From NCBI GenBank assembly GCA_051251855.1, contig JBPOGI010000005.1, forward strand, positions 64,001 to 128,000: a DNA stretch of 64,000 bases, given 5' to 3'. Every line of letters begins with the position of its first letter. Position 1 is the first letter of the stretch. A model generated the notes under the pieces. It worked only from the letters and a program-made list of their open reading frames with translations, ran no database searches and was not told the origin of the DNA. The stretch comes from Roseibacillus sp. Its GTDB lineage: Bacteria; Verrucomicrobiota; Verrucomicrobiia; Verrucomicrobiales; Akkermansiaceae. Positions 10,603 through 20,908 of this stretch are shown here, one piece after another. The position numbers and the translations under genes are program-made.

Positions 10603-12995
10603 AGGTGTTGGTTCGGATTGTTTTGGTTTTTGGAGTTGTTTGGGGGATTCTGGTAGGGCTTTCCCAGTTGGTGAGAGTTGCGCCGGATTGGCCCTTGTGG
10701 GCGGTGGGGCTCGGGGTGGCGCTGGCAGTGGAATTGATTCTGGGGCTTTATCGTTATGAGTGTTCGGGATTGGCGGTGAAGCGTTCTCGGTGGTTAGTGG
10801 GATTGCGGTTGGCGGCTTTGGCGGTTTTGGTTTGGATTTTGATTGAGCCAACTTGGGTTCGAAAGGTAGTTCGTGAGCGAGAGCAGGAGATTGTGATTGT
10901 GTTGGATGATTCGGCTTCGATGTCGTTGAAAGATGAGGGGCAGGAGTTGACGCGGCGTTTTTTGGCGGAAAAGGCGCTGTGGGATAGTAAGTTGGTGAGT
11001 GAGTTGGAGAAAGACTTCAAGGTGCGCACGGTGCGGGCGGCGCGGAGTTTGCGTGAGCGTGATGAAGCGGGGGATGAGGGCTGGAAGCAGGCAACGGATT
11101 TAGCAGCGGCGCTAAGTCAGGTTTTGGATCAGGTGGCGCCCGATGACCTCGGAGGGGTGGTGCTTTTGAGTGATGGTCGTCACAATCGTCCTGCGCGGGT
11201 TGAGGAGGTGGCGCGGCGGTTTGGGATTTTGGATGCGCCCATTGCAAGTGTGGCGATGGGTGATGCGCGGCCTCCTCGTGATGCGGCGGTGATACGGGTG
11301 GACGCTCCGGAGGCGATTCATTTGGGGGACCGGATGCGGGTGAGTGCGGAGCTGAAATTCGATGGCTACAAAGGTCAGAAAGCGAAGGTGAAGTTGATGC
11401 GGGCAGGAGAGTTGTTAGAGGAGCAGGTGGTGGCGATTCCGCAGGAGAATCATCGTGAGGAAGTGCGTTTTGCACAGGTGCCGGAGGCGGGAGGAGTGGG
11501 CGACTTTCGGATTGAGGTGGAGGCTCTAGAGGGGGAGCGGTTTGCGGAGAATAATGGTTGGGATTTTGAGACTTCGATTACCGATGCGCGCACGAACGTG
11601 TTGTTGATTGACCGGCATCCGCGTTGGGAGTTTCGGTATTTACGGAATTTGTTTTATGGGCGGGATAAGTCGATTCACTTGCAGTGGTTGTTGTTGAATC
11701 CGGATGTGGTTGCGGGGCAGGCAGTGGTGAGGGTGCCGGCTTCGGCTGGGCGTCCGTTTGGGGAGGCTCAGGCGACGGCGTTGCCGGAGAGTGAGGAGGA
11801 GTGGCGGAAGTTTGATGTTATTATTCTGGGGGACCTTTCGGCGAGTGAGTTGGATGACGAGACGTGGGATATCATTGGGAAGTGTGTGAATGAGAGGGCC
11901 GCGATGCTGGTTTTGGTAGCGGGGCCGGAGTCGATGCCGCATGCGCTTTCGGAACGGGCACGGGCGCTCGTTCCGGCAGAGGTGGATTGGGGGCGACAGA
12001 CTTACTATGGGACTGGTGGGGCACCGTTTCGATTTGGGGTGGCGGCAGCAGGGGTGGGCCATCCGATTGTGCGGCAGGCGGAAGGGGCGGCGAGTGATGC
12101 GGCGATGTGGGTCGGTTTTCCGGAGGTGAGATGGAGGCATCCGGTGAATGGTTTGAAGGAGGGGGCGGAGGTGCTGTTGGTGGCAGATGATGGGAGGGAA
12201 GAGCAGGCGATGGGTGAGGAGGGTTTGCAGGAGGCTTTGAAGGGATTGACGGAGCGTCGCCAGAAGGAGGCGGAGTCGGCGTTGTTGGTGACGCGGCAGA
12301 CGGGGCGCGGGAAGGTGGCGTTGCTTTTAACGGATCGGACGTGGAGGTTGCGGGAAGGTTCGGGCGATGTGTATCACCATCGCTTTTGGGGAAATCTGAT
12401 GCGCTGGGGAGCGGGTCCGATTTTGAGGGCGGGGACGCCGAAGGTACGGTTGGGAACCGACCAATTGACCTACACGCCGGATGATGTGGTGCGGTTGCAG
12501 GCGCGCTTGCGCGAGGAAGACTTGGGGCCTGTTTTTGATGAGGGACTGCAGGCGGAGGTTTCGAGAGAGGGGAAAGTGGTGGCGACTTTGAATCTGGCTG
12601 CGGACAAGGATTCGAATGGGCTGCATGAAGGGAGCGTGGGTCCGTTTGCGGAGGCGGGTCTTTATGAGGTGCGATTGGTGGGAGGGGAGGTGGATCGATT
12701 GTTGGAAGAAGATGAGGTAGTGGTTGGCTTTCGGGTCGTGGGTTCGCGGGGGCCAATCGAGTTGGCGGATACGACTTTGAATTTGCCTCTGCTACAGACT
12801 TTGGGGGAGTTGTCAGGAGGGAGGGTGGTTTCGCCGGGTGACCTTTCGTCTTTGCCGTCACTGTTTTTGGAGGGGAAGACGGAGCGCGAGGAATTGAGGG
12901 AGACTTCGCTGTGGAGTCAGTGGCCGGTGTTGGTGTTGTTTTTCGGTTTGTTGACGGTGGAGTGGGTTTTGAGAAGAGGGGCGGGATTGCCGTAA
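10599..12995 (+). CDS. VWA-domain membrane protein with GATase1-like domain
   Basis: ATG overlaps previous stop (ATGA at 10599-10602); DDSASM MIDAS, LLSDGRHN, PRWEFRYLRN, C-terminal EWVLRR..GLP. Confidence 0.85.
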   Translation: MKVLVRIVLVFGVVWGILVGLSQLVRVAPDWPLWAVGLGVALAVELILGLYRYECSGLAVKRSRWLVGLRLAALAVLVWILIEPTWVRKVVREREQEIVIVLDDSASMSLKDEGQELTRRFLAEKALWDSKLVSELEKDFKVRTVRAARSLRERDEAGDEGWKQATDLAAALSQVLDQVAPDDLGGVVLLSDGRHNRPARVEEVARRFGILDAPIASVAMGDARPPRDAAVIRVDAPEAIHLGDRMRVSAELKFDGYKGQKAKVKLMRAGELLEEQVVAIPQENHREEVRFAQVPEAGGVGDFRIEVEALEGERFAENNGWDFETSITDARTNVLLIDRHPRWEFRYLRNLFYGRDKSIHLQWLLLNPDVVAGQAVVRVPASAGRPFGEAQATALPESEEEWRKFDVIILGDLSASELDDETWDIIGKCVNERAAMLVLVAGPESMPHALSERARALVPAEVDWGRQTYYGTGGAPFRFGVAAAGVGHPIVRQAEGAASDAAMWVGFPEVRWRHPVNGLKEGAEVLLVADDGREEQAMGEEGLQEALKGLTERRQKEAESALLVTRQTGRGKVALLLTDRTWRLREGSGDVYHHRFWGNLMRWGAGPILRAGTPKVRLGTDQLTYTPDDVVRLQARLREEDLGPVFDEGLQAEVSREGKVVATLNLAADKDSNGLHEGSVGPFAEAGLYEVRLVGGEVDRLLEEDEVVVGFRVVGSRGPIELADTTLNLPLLQTLGELSGGRVVSPGDLSSLPSLFLEGKTEREELRETSLWSQWPVLVLFFGLLTVEWVLRRGAGLP

Positions 12996-13107
12996 GGCTG
13001 AGAGCTCAGGTCGAAGGCAGGCGCTCCCAGTGACGGTTCTTGAGGACAGTTTTTTGATGAAAGGTCGCTACCAATTTTCGATGGGATCGCTAGGGTGGGG
13101 GAAAGCA

Positions 13108-14769
13108 ATGAGTGATTTACCGATGTGGGCCAGCGAGGTCATTAGTGGATATGAGAGTGGGGTTGCGGGGTGTTTTGTGCTGCATGGGAATACGGGCGAC
13201 CGTCAGTTGATGCCGGGGGGAGAGAATTTTCCTGGGGGGGAGCGGTTGGGGTCGTTGCGTGATTTTTTGGGTGAGGTGCTGTTGCCACGGTTCGAGATTG
13301 TGCTGGTTTATGATTTGGGTGAGGGACTTCGGGTTCAGCGTGGAGAAGAGAAGTTCGAGGAGTGGGCGGGTGAGCGGGAGGTGCCGAGTCAGCCGCTGGC
13401 GACGATGCGTTACGTGGGGAAGTTTTTGCGCTATCAGAGAAACACACGGGCGCTGACGGGCAAGAGCCCGCGGGTAGCGGTGGTGATTCGGGAGGCGCAC
13501 TTGGTTTGTCCCGCACTGCCGAATGCGTTGAATTATGAGCTCAATGCCTTGGCGAGTTTGTTGCGAGGTTGGGCGGCGGGTGGTCTTTTACAGGAAAATG
13601 ATCAGGCGATTTTCTTGGTGGCAGACCGCTCTTCGAATTTACATCCCTTATTAGTAAGGGAGCCGGCGATTCAGACGCTGGAAGTTCCGCTGCCGGATGC
13701 GGAGGAGGTTTCGCGCGGGCTCTTGGCTTTGGCACCGGAGGCGGGGGTGGCTTTGAAGAATTTTGAAGGTCGGTTGCCGGAGTTGGGGCAGGCCTTGCGG
13801 GGAGCAACTTTGGGTTCGGTGGAGACGTTGGTGCGGCAGCGGCAGTTTGATGGGCGTCCGCTGGAGGACGATGATGTGGGGCGCTTGAAGCGGGAGCTGG
13901 TGGAGAAGGATTGTGAGGGGCTGATTGAGTTTATTGAGCCGGACCGCGACCTTTCGAAGGTGATTGGTTTGGAAGCAGTGAAGTCGTGGCTGCGGGATGA
14001 CTTGGCGCTTTGGAAGAGGGGGGAGTTGGAGGCGATGCCGATGGGTTATCTTTTCTGCGGGCCAGTAGGGACGGGGAAAACTTATCTTGCGGAGTGTCTT
14101 TCGGGGGAGGCTGGTGTGCCAATGGTGGTGCTAAAGAACTTTCGCGACAAGTGGGTGGGCAGCACGGAGGCGAATTTGGAGAAGATTTTCGCGCTCTTGC
14201 ACGCGCTGGGTCGCTGTTTGGTCTTTGTCGATGAGGCAGATCAGGCGCTTGGCAAGCGACAGGGGGGCAGTGGTGATAGCGGGGTTTCGAGCCGCGTCTA
14301 TTCGATGATGGCGGCCGAGATGTCGGACACGCGCAATCGGGGGAAGATTGTATGGGTGTTGGCATCCAGTCGGCCGGACTTGATTGAGGTGGACTTGAAA
14401 CGGCCGGGACGGGTGGATGTGAAGATTCCACTGTTCCCGAGCACGAATCCGGAGGAGGGCTTTGCATTGCTGCGGGCGCTGTGTGGTTCGCGTGGGGTGA
14501 CAATCGAAAAAGATTCGTTTCAGAGTTTGGAGAAGTTGATTCCTAATCTGCTGACTCCAGGGGCTGCAGAGGCGATTGCAGTGAAGGTTTTTCGTGGAGT
14601 GAAGGCCAAAGGGCTCTCTGCGGCGGAGGCTTTGGAGGGCGCTTTGACCGGTTACCTGCCCCCAATCGACCCCGAAATTTTGCGTCATCAGATGAATTTA
14701 GCAGTCGCTGAATCTACCGAGCCAGGGTTCATCGATAAGGAGGTTCGAGCCTTGCTGGGCCTAGAGTAG
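13108..14769 (+). CDS. AAA+ ATPase (SpoVK/Ycf46-like) with long N-terminal domain
   Basis: Walker A GPVGTGKT, Walker B VFVDEAD, second region of homology LKRPGRVD; ATG at 13108 preferred. Confidence 0.85.
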   Translation: MSDLPMWASEVISGYESGVAGCFVLHGNTGDRQLMPGGENFPGGERLGSLRDFLGEVLLPRFEIVLVYDLGEGLRVQRGEEKFEEWAGEREVPSQPLATMRYVGKFLRYQRNTRALTGKSPRVAVVIREAHLVCPALPNALNYELNALASLLRGWAAGGLLQENDQAIFLVADRSSNLHPLLVREPAIQTLEVPLPDAEEVSRGLLALAPEAGVALKNFEGRLPELGQALRGATLGSVETLVRQRQFDGRPLEDDDVGRLKRELVEKDCEGLIEFIEPDRDLSKVIGLEAVKSWLRDDLALWKRGELEAMPMGYLFCGPVGTGKTYLAECLSGEAGVPMVVLKNFRDKWVGSTEANLEKIFALLHALGRCLVFVDEADQALGKRQGGSGDSGVSSRVYSMMAAEMSDTRNRGKIVWVLASSRPDLIEVDLKRPGRVDVKIPLFPSTNPEEGFALLRALCGSRGVTIEKDSFQSLEKLIPNLLTPGAAEAIAVKVFRGVKAKGLSAAEALEGALTGYLPPIDPEILRHQMNLAVAESTEPGFIDKEVRALLGLE

Positions 14770-14897
14770 GGGCTTTCCAAAATGTTCGAAAAAATGTGAC
14801 ATTTCCTGAAAGATCGCGAAATCCGAACAAAAAAAGGGTTTACTCCCCCCGATTTTCCCGCATTTTGGCGCAGGTTTCGATTCGTTAAGGATTCTTA

Positions 14898-15602
14898 ATG
14901 AACGTCCTCCTAACCAAATCATCTATGAGAATTATTAAAGCCGCGTTCGCTCTTGTAGCCGGACTCACCGTCGTTTCTCTCTCTAGTTGCTCTTCGAGCG
15001 CAATCGCCAAAGCCCCCAAGACTCCGGCTTCTGCCTGTGCGACTTGGAGTCATACAGTTGGTAAGAATCTTCCAGCGGAAGCGAATGTTGCCCTTCTGAG
15101 TGAGGTGGCTCACCTTCCCAAGGACAAGCATGGCTTTCCTAGCTACACAGACGACCAGACCCATCGGGTGGTGCGTGCTACAGCATACTCTCATATGCAA
15201 AACGAGCCGGGTGCTCCTGGCCGCATGAACGCAGCAGGCGGTATCCTCAAATGGGGACAGGTTCGCAGTGCGGCAGCTGACTGGTCCAAGTATCCTGTTG
15301 GAACCAAGTTCCGCATCAAAGGCCTTCCATATCTCTATGTGGTTGATGACTACGGTTCCGCTCTTGCTGGTACCAATACCATCGACATTTTCCATCCTAC
15401 TTTGGGAGGCATTAAAAACTGGGGCCTTCGCACCATCGAGATTGATGTGATTCAGTGGGGTTCTTGGGACCGCACCCTCTCTCTCCTCAAGGGGCGTCAG
15501 CATCGCTGGCACACACGTCAGATGTATGCCGATGCTAGCCGAAAGGTTCAGAGTGGCCAAGCAGTGGCAGGGTTGAGCAATCCTTATGGCCCACAGGGTT
15601 AA
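14898..15602 (+). CDS. 3D (three-Asp) domain lipoprotein, putative peptidoglycan-active
   Basis: RATAY, AAADW..YP.GT, VVDDYG, TIDIF motifs; LSSC lipobox-like. Confidence 0.8.
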   Translation: MNVLLTKSSMRIIKAAFALVAGLTVVSLSSCSSSAIAKAPKTPASACATWSHTVGKNLPAEANVALLSEVAHLPKDKHGFPSYTDDQTHRVVRATAYSHMQNEPGAPGRMNAAGGILKWGQVRSAAADWSKYPVGTKFRIKGLPYLYVVDDYGSALAGTNTIDIFHPTLGGIKNWGLRTIEIDVIQWGSWDRTLSLLKGRQHRWHTRQMYADASRKVQSGQAVAGLSNPYGPQG

Positions 15603-15623
15603 TTCACTTTTAATTGCCCCCTG

Positions 15624-16277
15624 ATGCTGAAGCAGGAACGGGCTGACTTTATTCTCAGGCGTCTCGAGGAGTTATATCCTGAGACGCCTGTTCCGTTGGA
15701 TCATAAGGACCCATTCACGTTGTTGGTGGCTGTATTGCTGTCGGCGCAGTGTACAGATGCGCGGGTGAATTTGGTGACTCCGGGATTGTTTGCGCTCGCA
15801 GATGAACCAGAGGGGATGTCGCGGCTAGAGGTGCCGGTGATTCAGGAAGCGATCAAGTCTTGTGGTCTCGCCCCGAAAAAGGCGAAGGCGATTAGTGGGT
15901 TGTCTCAGATTTTGATGGATCGTTTCGGGGGCGAGGTGCCGAGGACTTTGGAGGAGTTGGAGACCTTGCCGGGGGTGGGTCACAAGACGGCTTCGGTGGT
16001 GATCGCACAGGCGTTTGGGGTGCCGGCGTTCCCAGTGGATACTCATATCCATCGCTTGGCCCAGCGGTGGAAGCTGACTTCGGGACAAAACGTGGTCCAA
16101 ACCGAGCGTGATTTGAAAAAGGTTTTTCCGCGCGAGAGTTGGAACAAGCTTCACCTACAGATTATTTTTTACGGGCGCGACTATTGCTCCGCAAGGGGTT
16201 GCGATGGGACTGTTTGCGAGATTTGCCAAACGCTTTTTCCTAAGAGAAAAAATGGGGTGCAAACGCGCAAAAGCTGA
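15624..16277 (+). CDS. nth: Endonuclease III
   Basis: LLSAQCTD, HhH LPGVGHKTA, VDTHIHR, C-terminal Cys cluster. Confidence 0.95.
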   Translation: MLKQERADFILRRLEELYPETPVPLDHKDPFTLLVAVLLSAQCTDARVNLVTPGLFALADEPEGMSRLEVPVIQEAIKSCGLAPKKAKAISGLSQILMDRFGGEVPRTLEELETLPGVGHKTASVVIAQAFGVPAFPVDTHIHRLAQRWKLTSGQNVVQTERDLKKVFPRESWNKLHLQIIFYGRDYCSARGCDGTVCEICQTLFPKRKNGVQTRKS

Positions 16278-16312
16278 CTTGCCAGCGCTGAGGGAACGGC
16301 TAGAATTACAGC

Positions 16313-16492
16313 ATGAGTTTGAAGATGATTCTTGGTTCGGTTGCCGCGCTTGTTTTGACATTTGGTTTTGCGAGCTGTGCGGTGGAAGAAGAGCGCAAGG
16401 TTGTGCTCCCGCAATCTGATGAGAGCGAGCTCCCTTGGAATCGCATGCAAGAGGGCGAGGGTTTGGGGCAGTTTGGAGCATTCCAACGGTAG
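16313..16492 (+). CDS. Small 59-aa lipoprotein (not in ORF track)
   Basis: MSLKMILGSVAALVLTFGFASCAVEEERKVVLPQSDESELPWNRMQEGEGLGQFGAFQR*; FASC lipobox; TTGCCA-N16-TAGAAT ends 6 nt upstream. Confidence 0.75.
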   Translation: MSLKMILGSVAALVLTFGFASCAVEEERKVVLPQSDESELPWNRMQEGEGLGQFGAFQR

Positions 16493-16514
16493 GGTGGATG
16501 AATAGCCTCAGAAT

Positions 16515-16925
16515 ATGAGCCTCGAGTTGACATCTGAAGCCACTAGGGAAGATAAGGCTGCGATAGTCGATGGTACTCGAGCGCACAATCGACTTCATCT
16601 GCCGAAGGACGTTGAGTCCCTTTGCGTATTTGATCGTCTCGATAGCGGTGAAATCGTTGCTGGCCTCACAGGGAAGACTTATTGGAATTTTCTAGACATC
16701 GGTTACCTCTGGGTTTCCGAATCTTATCGGGGGCTAGGTCGAGCAACTGCAATCATGAAATTGGCGGAAGCCGAAGCAGTGAAACGAGGGTGCAACAATG
16801 CTCTACTAGATACTTACAGCTTTCAAGCACTTGGCTTCTACCTGAAGCTTGGTTATCGGCAATTTGGCGAAATTGATGATTTTTCAGGGGAGCACATCCG
16901 TTACTATCTTCGCAAACAACTCTAA
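16515..16925 (+). CDS. GNAT family N-acetyltransferase
   Basis: LWVSESYRGLGRA acetyl-CoA motif A, LDTYSFQALGFY.KLGY. Confidence 0.9.
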   Translation: MSLELTSEATREDKAAIVDGTRAHNRLHLPKDVESLCVFDRLDSGEIVAGLTGKTYWNFLDIGYLWVSESYRGLGRATAIMKLAEAEAVKRGCNNALLDTYSFQALGFYLKLGYRQFGEIDDFSGEHIRYYLRKQL

Positions 16926-17028
16926 ACGAATGATGGCGAACAAGACGCCGCACCCTATCTTGAATCGAGCTAAAGAGTCGGACCTTGGGTGGGAAAGGTG
17001 AGCTGGCAGAGGTTGGTAAGGGGCTCAG

Positions 17029-17316
17029 ATACCATTCTCACAGTTAAATCGATGTAATGGTTTTATTTTTGGTCCTAAGAAAAGCGCTGCGCGAGCACTC
17101 AGAAAGTCGGGCCAAGTTTCCCAATACCCGCGTTGCTTGCTGCTCCCCCCCGGTCGCACCCTTCGGGTTGCCTTGGCAGGCAAGCTATCTCGCTCCGCTT
17201 GTTTCTTGGTCAGAGTGCACCCAAGGGGCATACCACTAGCACTCCTCCCTCGGCGCGCCTTGGTCTTGGAAAGCCTGACTCCGACCATTACACCAATTTA
17301 ACTGCTCAAATGGTAT
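17029..17316. mobile_element. MITE-like non-autonomous element with 33-bp terminal inverted repeats and nested palindromes
   Basis: 17029-17061 ATACCATTCTCACAGTTAAATCGATGTAATGGT matches the reverse complement of 17284-17316 at 27/33; TA at both ends; no credible ORF; between convergent genes. Confidence 0.65.
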
Positions 17317-17369
17317 GACTCTCTAGAAACGGGTGTGCCGTGAAAGGTCTCCCAAAAAAGCCTGCTCGC

Positions 17370-20300
17370 TTAGAAGCCGTCGCCGTTGTCGTCTTCGACT
17401 TCGATACGCACGCGAGCGTAGCAGCTTTTGATTCCCGAACTGGTTCCGCCGATGATGACTGTCACTTCTTCCCAGAACTCGGTAATCTCGACGACTTCGT
17501 CGGGCTCAGCGGGAGTGAAATTGACGGCGTCGGGGCTGATTTCGGTGATGTAGATGACCTTAGGATAGGAGTCGGTGCGACGAAGATATTGATACTTGGT
17601 AACGGAGGCTCCGGTGATGGGATCGGTTTCGATTCTCAGGACAGGAAGTCCGTAGGGCTCGCCATTGGCTGGGAGAAGTTGCCCAGGAACATAGTCGGGG
17701 GTCGCGGTGACGGTGGGGTTCAAGTTGAAGGCGTATTCAAGGAACATTCCAATGCCATCGTTGTCACCATCTGACTCAATGGCGCGCTCTGCAGTAGGGA
17801 GTCCATAGCTGTCTCCGAAGTCGTCGAGCACCGAGTCGTCGTTCACAATGGTGAGTGCGACGGTGGAGTTTCCAAGAATTAGTCCGATGGGATTGAACAA
17901 GGTCATCGAGAAGTTCTCGTTAGGCTCAATGACTGCATCATCAACGAGTGTTAAAAAGATGGTTTGGCTTGTCTCTCCAGCCGAGAAGGTGACGGTGCCT
18001 CCCTCCCATGGGATAAAGTCCTCCAAGGGGTTGGCGGGAGCTAAGGTGGAACCTGCGACTCCAGGCACCAAATCAAAGCGGACGCTCTGACTGCCGACGG
18101 CGGGTTTGGAGAGGGTGAAGGTCACGGGATAACCGATGAGTCCCTCGTTAATAGGGTCGGCGGTGACGGTCACCACCGCAAAATCTGCTGGGTCGGGAGC
18201 GTCGTCGTTGAGAATGGTGAGCGTCGTATTTGGCTGAGGAACGTAGAGTCCTACTGGTTGGGTAATCGCGAGCGAGAAAGTCTCGTCTTGCTCGAAGAGA
18301 GCATCATCGATGATGGTGAGGACGAGGGTTTGGCTCGTTTCGCCAACCGCAAACTCGATGATTCCTCCGGGGTAGTCAATGTAGTCAACATCGGCAATGG
18401 CAGTTCCCGAAGGAAGGGAGAAATTGAAGCGTTCTCCACCCACAGCAGGGGAAGCCAAGGTGAAAGTGACGGGCATACCGATGATGCCCTCATTGATTGG
18501 TGGGGCCGTGGTGGTCAGCTCGATGAGACCGACTCCATCGGGAACAGCTTCGAAGACGCTGGCTGGGAGTCCGGCTGCATTCACGAGGTTGGCTGAGGTT
18601 GGGTTTTGAGCCCAAGCATAACGAATGGCGGTCGGAGCAGAGACTCCAGTTGCGGAGACCACCACTGTCTGGCCACTCAGCACGGCAGTCGCAGGGACCC
18701 AGATTCCGCCATCTCCCTTCAGCTCGAATCCGCCGGGTGCCAGGCTATCGCGGGTGGTGAGTCCGGCACTGTAGTCAAACTCGACGACGACGGATGCTCC
18801 TTGAATTGCGGAGCTTACATAAAGGGGACCCGATGGAACGAGCGTGGTCTGTCCGTATTCATTGGCAAGGGACCAGAGTGCGAGGCGGTCTGCGAAATCG
18901 GACTTGTTAGCAGGGTGGATATCGTTGGGATTTCCAATATCATTTCCTACTACCATTCCGCTGTTAGGAATCATCCCAAGAGCGCGACGTTGCGCATCCT
19001 GAACATCGACCCAGAGAGGTCTGTCCGTCGAGACGAAGTTAGGAAGCTGCATGAAGTAGAAAGGAAGCTCCTCACCCCAGCTGCTTCGCCAATCGGCGGC
19101 GAGCGCTTGTAAGAGGGCAGCATAGTCGCTGGTGCTAAACCAAAAGGTGTTGGCCTCTCCTTGGTTCCAAAGAATTCCTCGCATCCCGTAGCCTGCGATG
19201 GGGGCGACCATTCCGTTGTAGATTTGAGCGCCGAGATTGGCCTCGAATTGAGGGTCCGTTTCGTTGAACACTGGCTCGGGTCCGACGGGGTTTGCGACCC
19301 AAGCTGCATGAGCAATTTCGAAATCAGCAAGTGCTTGCTCATAGAGTCCATAGAAGTAGGCTTTGGTGCCCAAGGCATCGATTCCTTCGGGAAAGGTCTC
19401 TAGCTTTGCTTCTGAGATGAAGCCTTCGATAGGCTGGCCTCCCCAAGCGCACTCAAGAATGGCAACGGGCACTCCGAGTTCGGCGCGGAGCTTTTTACCG
19501 TAGTAGTAAGCGAGGGCGGAGAAGTCTGGCAGGTCTCCTGGAGTAGCAGACAACCAATCACCATCGACGAGGACCTGAGGATCACGTCGCGCTTGTTCGA
19601 TTGGAACGTAGATGCGCAATAGAGGATCATTGGCGGTGGCGATTTCGTTGTCGTTCTCGGGAGAAGGGAGGAAGTTAAGGGGAAAGTCCATATTCGACTG
19701 ACCGGCTCCCATCCAAACTTCACCGACAAGGACGTTGGTAATCGTTTGAGTCACTCCTTGGCTGGTGACCACTAAAGGTCGGCCAACGGATGAAGCGGTG
19801 AGATTATTGAAGGTCACTTCGAAGCGACTGTTTGCGTCTGCCGTTGTTTGCAGGCTTTGTCCTGCGAATTGAACGGTGACTGCGCTTCCGGGTAATGCGT
19901 AGCCCCAGACCGCAGCGGCTTTTTCGCGCTGAAGAACCATGCCGTCTGAAAAGAAAGAAGGCATCACGATTCCGCTGTCGTCACTGGTGATGGTGTGCGT
20001 CGAGGTGGGGTTGGTCAGGGTGAGACCTGCGGGTTGCGAAAGAACGAGCTGGAAGGTCTCGTTGAGCTCAGGAAGGGTGTCGTCTACCAAGCCAATGGTG
20101 ATCGTCTTCGTAGTTACGCCTGCTTTAAGTACGATGGGGGTCGTAGACAGAGGCTCGAAGTCGATAGCGCTTGCTGTGCTTGGAGTGAGAGTGGCGACAA
20201 AGCTTTCTCCTCCTACCGCAGGGGTGGTGAGAGTGAGATTGATATCAAGAGTCAGCAGGCTCTCGCTGGTCGGCACGGAGCTGACGCTCACCGCGGGCAG

Positions 20301-20375
20301 GGTAGTCGCAGTCGCTGAAAGGGCACAGCAGAAGAAGCCAACGGTGAAGGGGATGAGGGGAACAAGTTTCTTCAT
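17370..20375 (-). CDS. Secreted sialate O-acetylesterase-family (SGNH) protein with 3 Calx-beta domains
   Basis: GEVWMGAGQSNM, WNQGEAN and DIHP motifs; Calx-beta-like units ending TI..DD; signal peptide from MKKLVPL (20375). Confidence 0.85.
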   Translation of the reverse strand: MKKLVPLIPFTVGFFCCALSATATTLPAVSVSSVPTSESLLTLDINLTLTTPAVGGESFVATLTPSTASAIDFEPLSTTPIVLKAGVTTKTITIGLVDDTLPELNETFQLVLSQPAGLTLTNPTSTHTITSDDSGIVMPSFFSDGMVLQREKAAAVWGYALPGSAVTVQFAGQSLQTTADANSRFEVTFNNLTASSVGRPLVVTSQGVTQTITNVLVGEVWMGAGQSNMDFPLNFLPSPENDNEIATANDPLLRIYVPIEQARRDPQVLVDGDWLSATPGDLPDFSALAYYYGKKLRAELGVPVAILECAWGGQPIEGFISEAKLETFPEGIDALGTKAYFYGLYEQALADFEIAHAAWVANPVGPEPVFNETDPQFEANLGAQIYNGMVAPIAGYGMRGILWNQGEANTFWFSTSDYAALLQALAADWRSSWGEELPFYFMQLPNFVSTDRPLWVDVQDAQRRALGMIPNSGMVVGNDIGNPNDIHPANKSDFADRLALWSLANEYGQTTLVPSGPLYVSSAIQGASVVVEFDYSAGLTTRDSLAPGGFELKGDGGIWVPATAVLSGQTVVVSATGVSAPTAIRYAWAQNPTSANLVNAAGLPASVFEAVPDGVGLIELTTTAPPINEGIIGMPVTFTLASPAVGGERFNFSLPSGTAIADVDYIDYPGGIIEFAVGETSQTLVLTIIDDALFEQDETFSLAITQPVGLYVPQPNTTLTILNDDAPDPADFAVVTVTADPINEGLIGYPVTFTLSKPAVGSQSVRFDLVPGVAGSTLAPANPLEDFIPWEGGTVTFSAGETSQTIFLTLVDDAVIEPNENFSMTLFNPIGLILGNSTVALTIVNDDSVLDDFGDSYGLPTAERAIESDGDNDGIGMFLEYAFNLNPTVTATPDYVPGQLLPANGEPYGLPVLRIETDPITGASVTKYQYLRRTDSYPKVIYITEISPDAVNFTPAEPDEVVEITEFWEEVTVIIGGTSSGIKSCYARVRIEVEDDNGDGF

Positions 20376-20908
20376 TCGCCGCGGAGCCTTCATTTTTTTT
20401 GAACTTTTCCCAAGAAACTTCCAAAAAAATCAACAAATCATGATTTACTGTAGTCGGAAACTATTGTGTAGCCCTTATTTTTCAATGATTCTTTCAGAAT
20501 TGATTTTTCATCTACCAATAAAATAAGAAAAGCCAAACCTCTAAGGTTTCCTAGCTAAAGCTCAAAAATTTATAAAGAATGCTTAATAGAATGAAATGAG
20601 AAGGGGGATGCTGGAGGGTTTCACCGCCAACAAGGAGGTTGGTTGTTGTAGTGAAAGGCTTTCACTCAATCGATCAGTGGGAAGCGTTCAGAGGAGGTTC
20701 GTCAATCGCGGAGCAATGAGAGCACAAGACTCTGTGTAAATTCTGTGGGAAATTGAAGATAAACGAATCTTATCGTGTAGCTTGGCTGATTTTCCGTGTT
20801 AAGAAATTAAGAAGCCTACTGCGCGTAGAAAGACCGATTCTTCAAAAGCTTGTAAAGAGGGCCTTGGGCAGTAATCACCTAAAAAATTCCAGAAACCAAA
20901 GAAAGACC

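Noticed and set aside
6567..14688. Long Pro/His/Gln-rich minus-strand ORFs (e.g. 9400..10383, 11872..12861)
   Set aside because: Antisense shadows of G/T-skewed plus-strand genes, with no recognisable motifs.
17029..17316. RNase P RNA, tmRNA or riboswitch
   Set aside because: The RNase P hallmark GAGGAAAGTCC and tRNA-like ends were not found; terminal inverted repeats fit a MITE better. An Rfam scan would be decisive.
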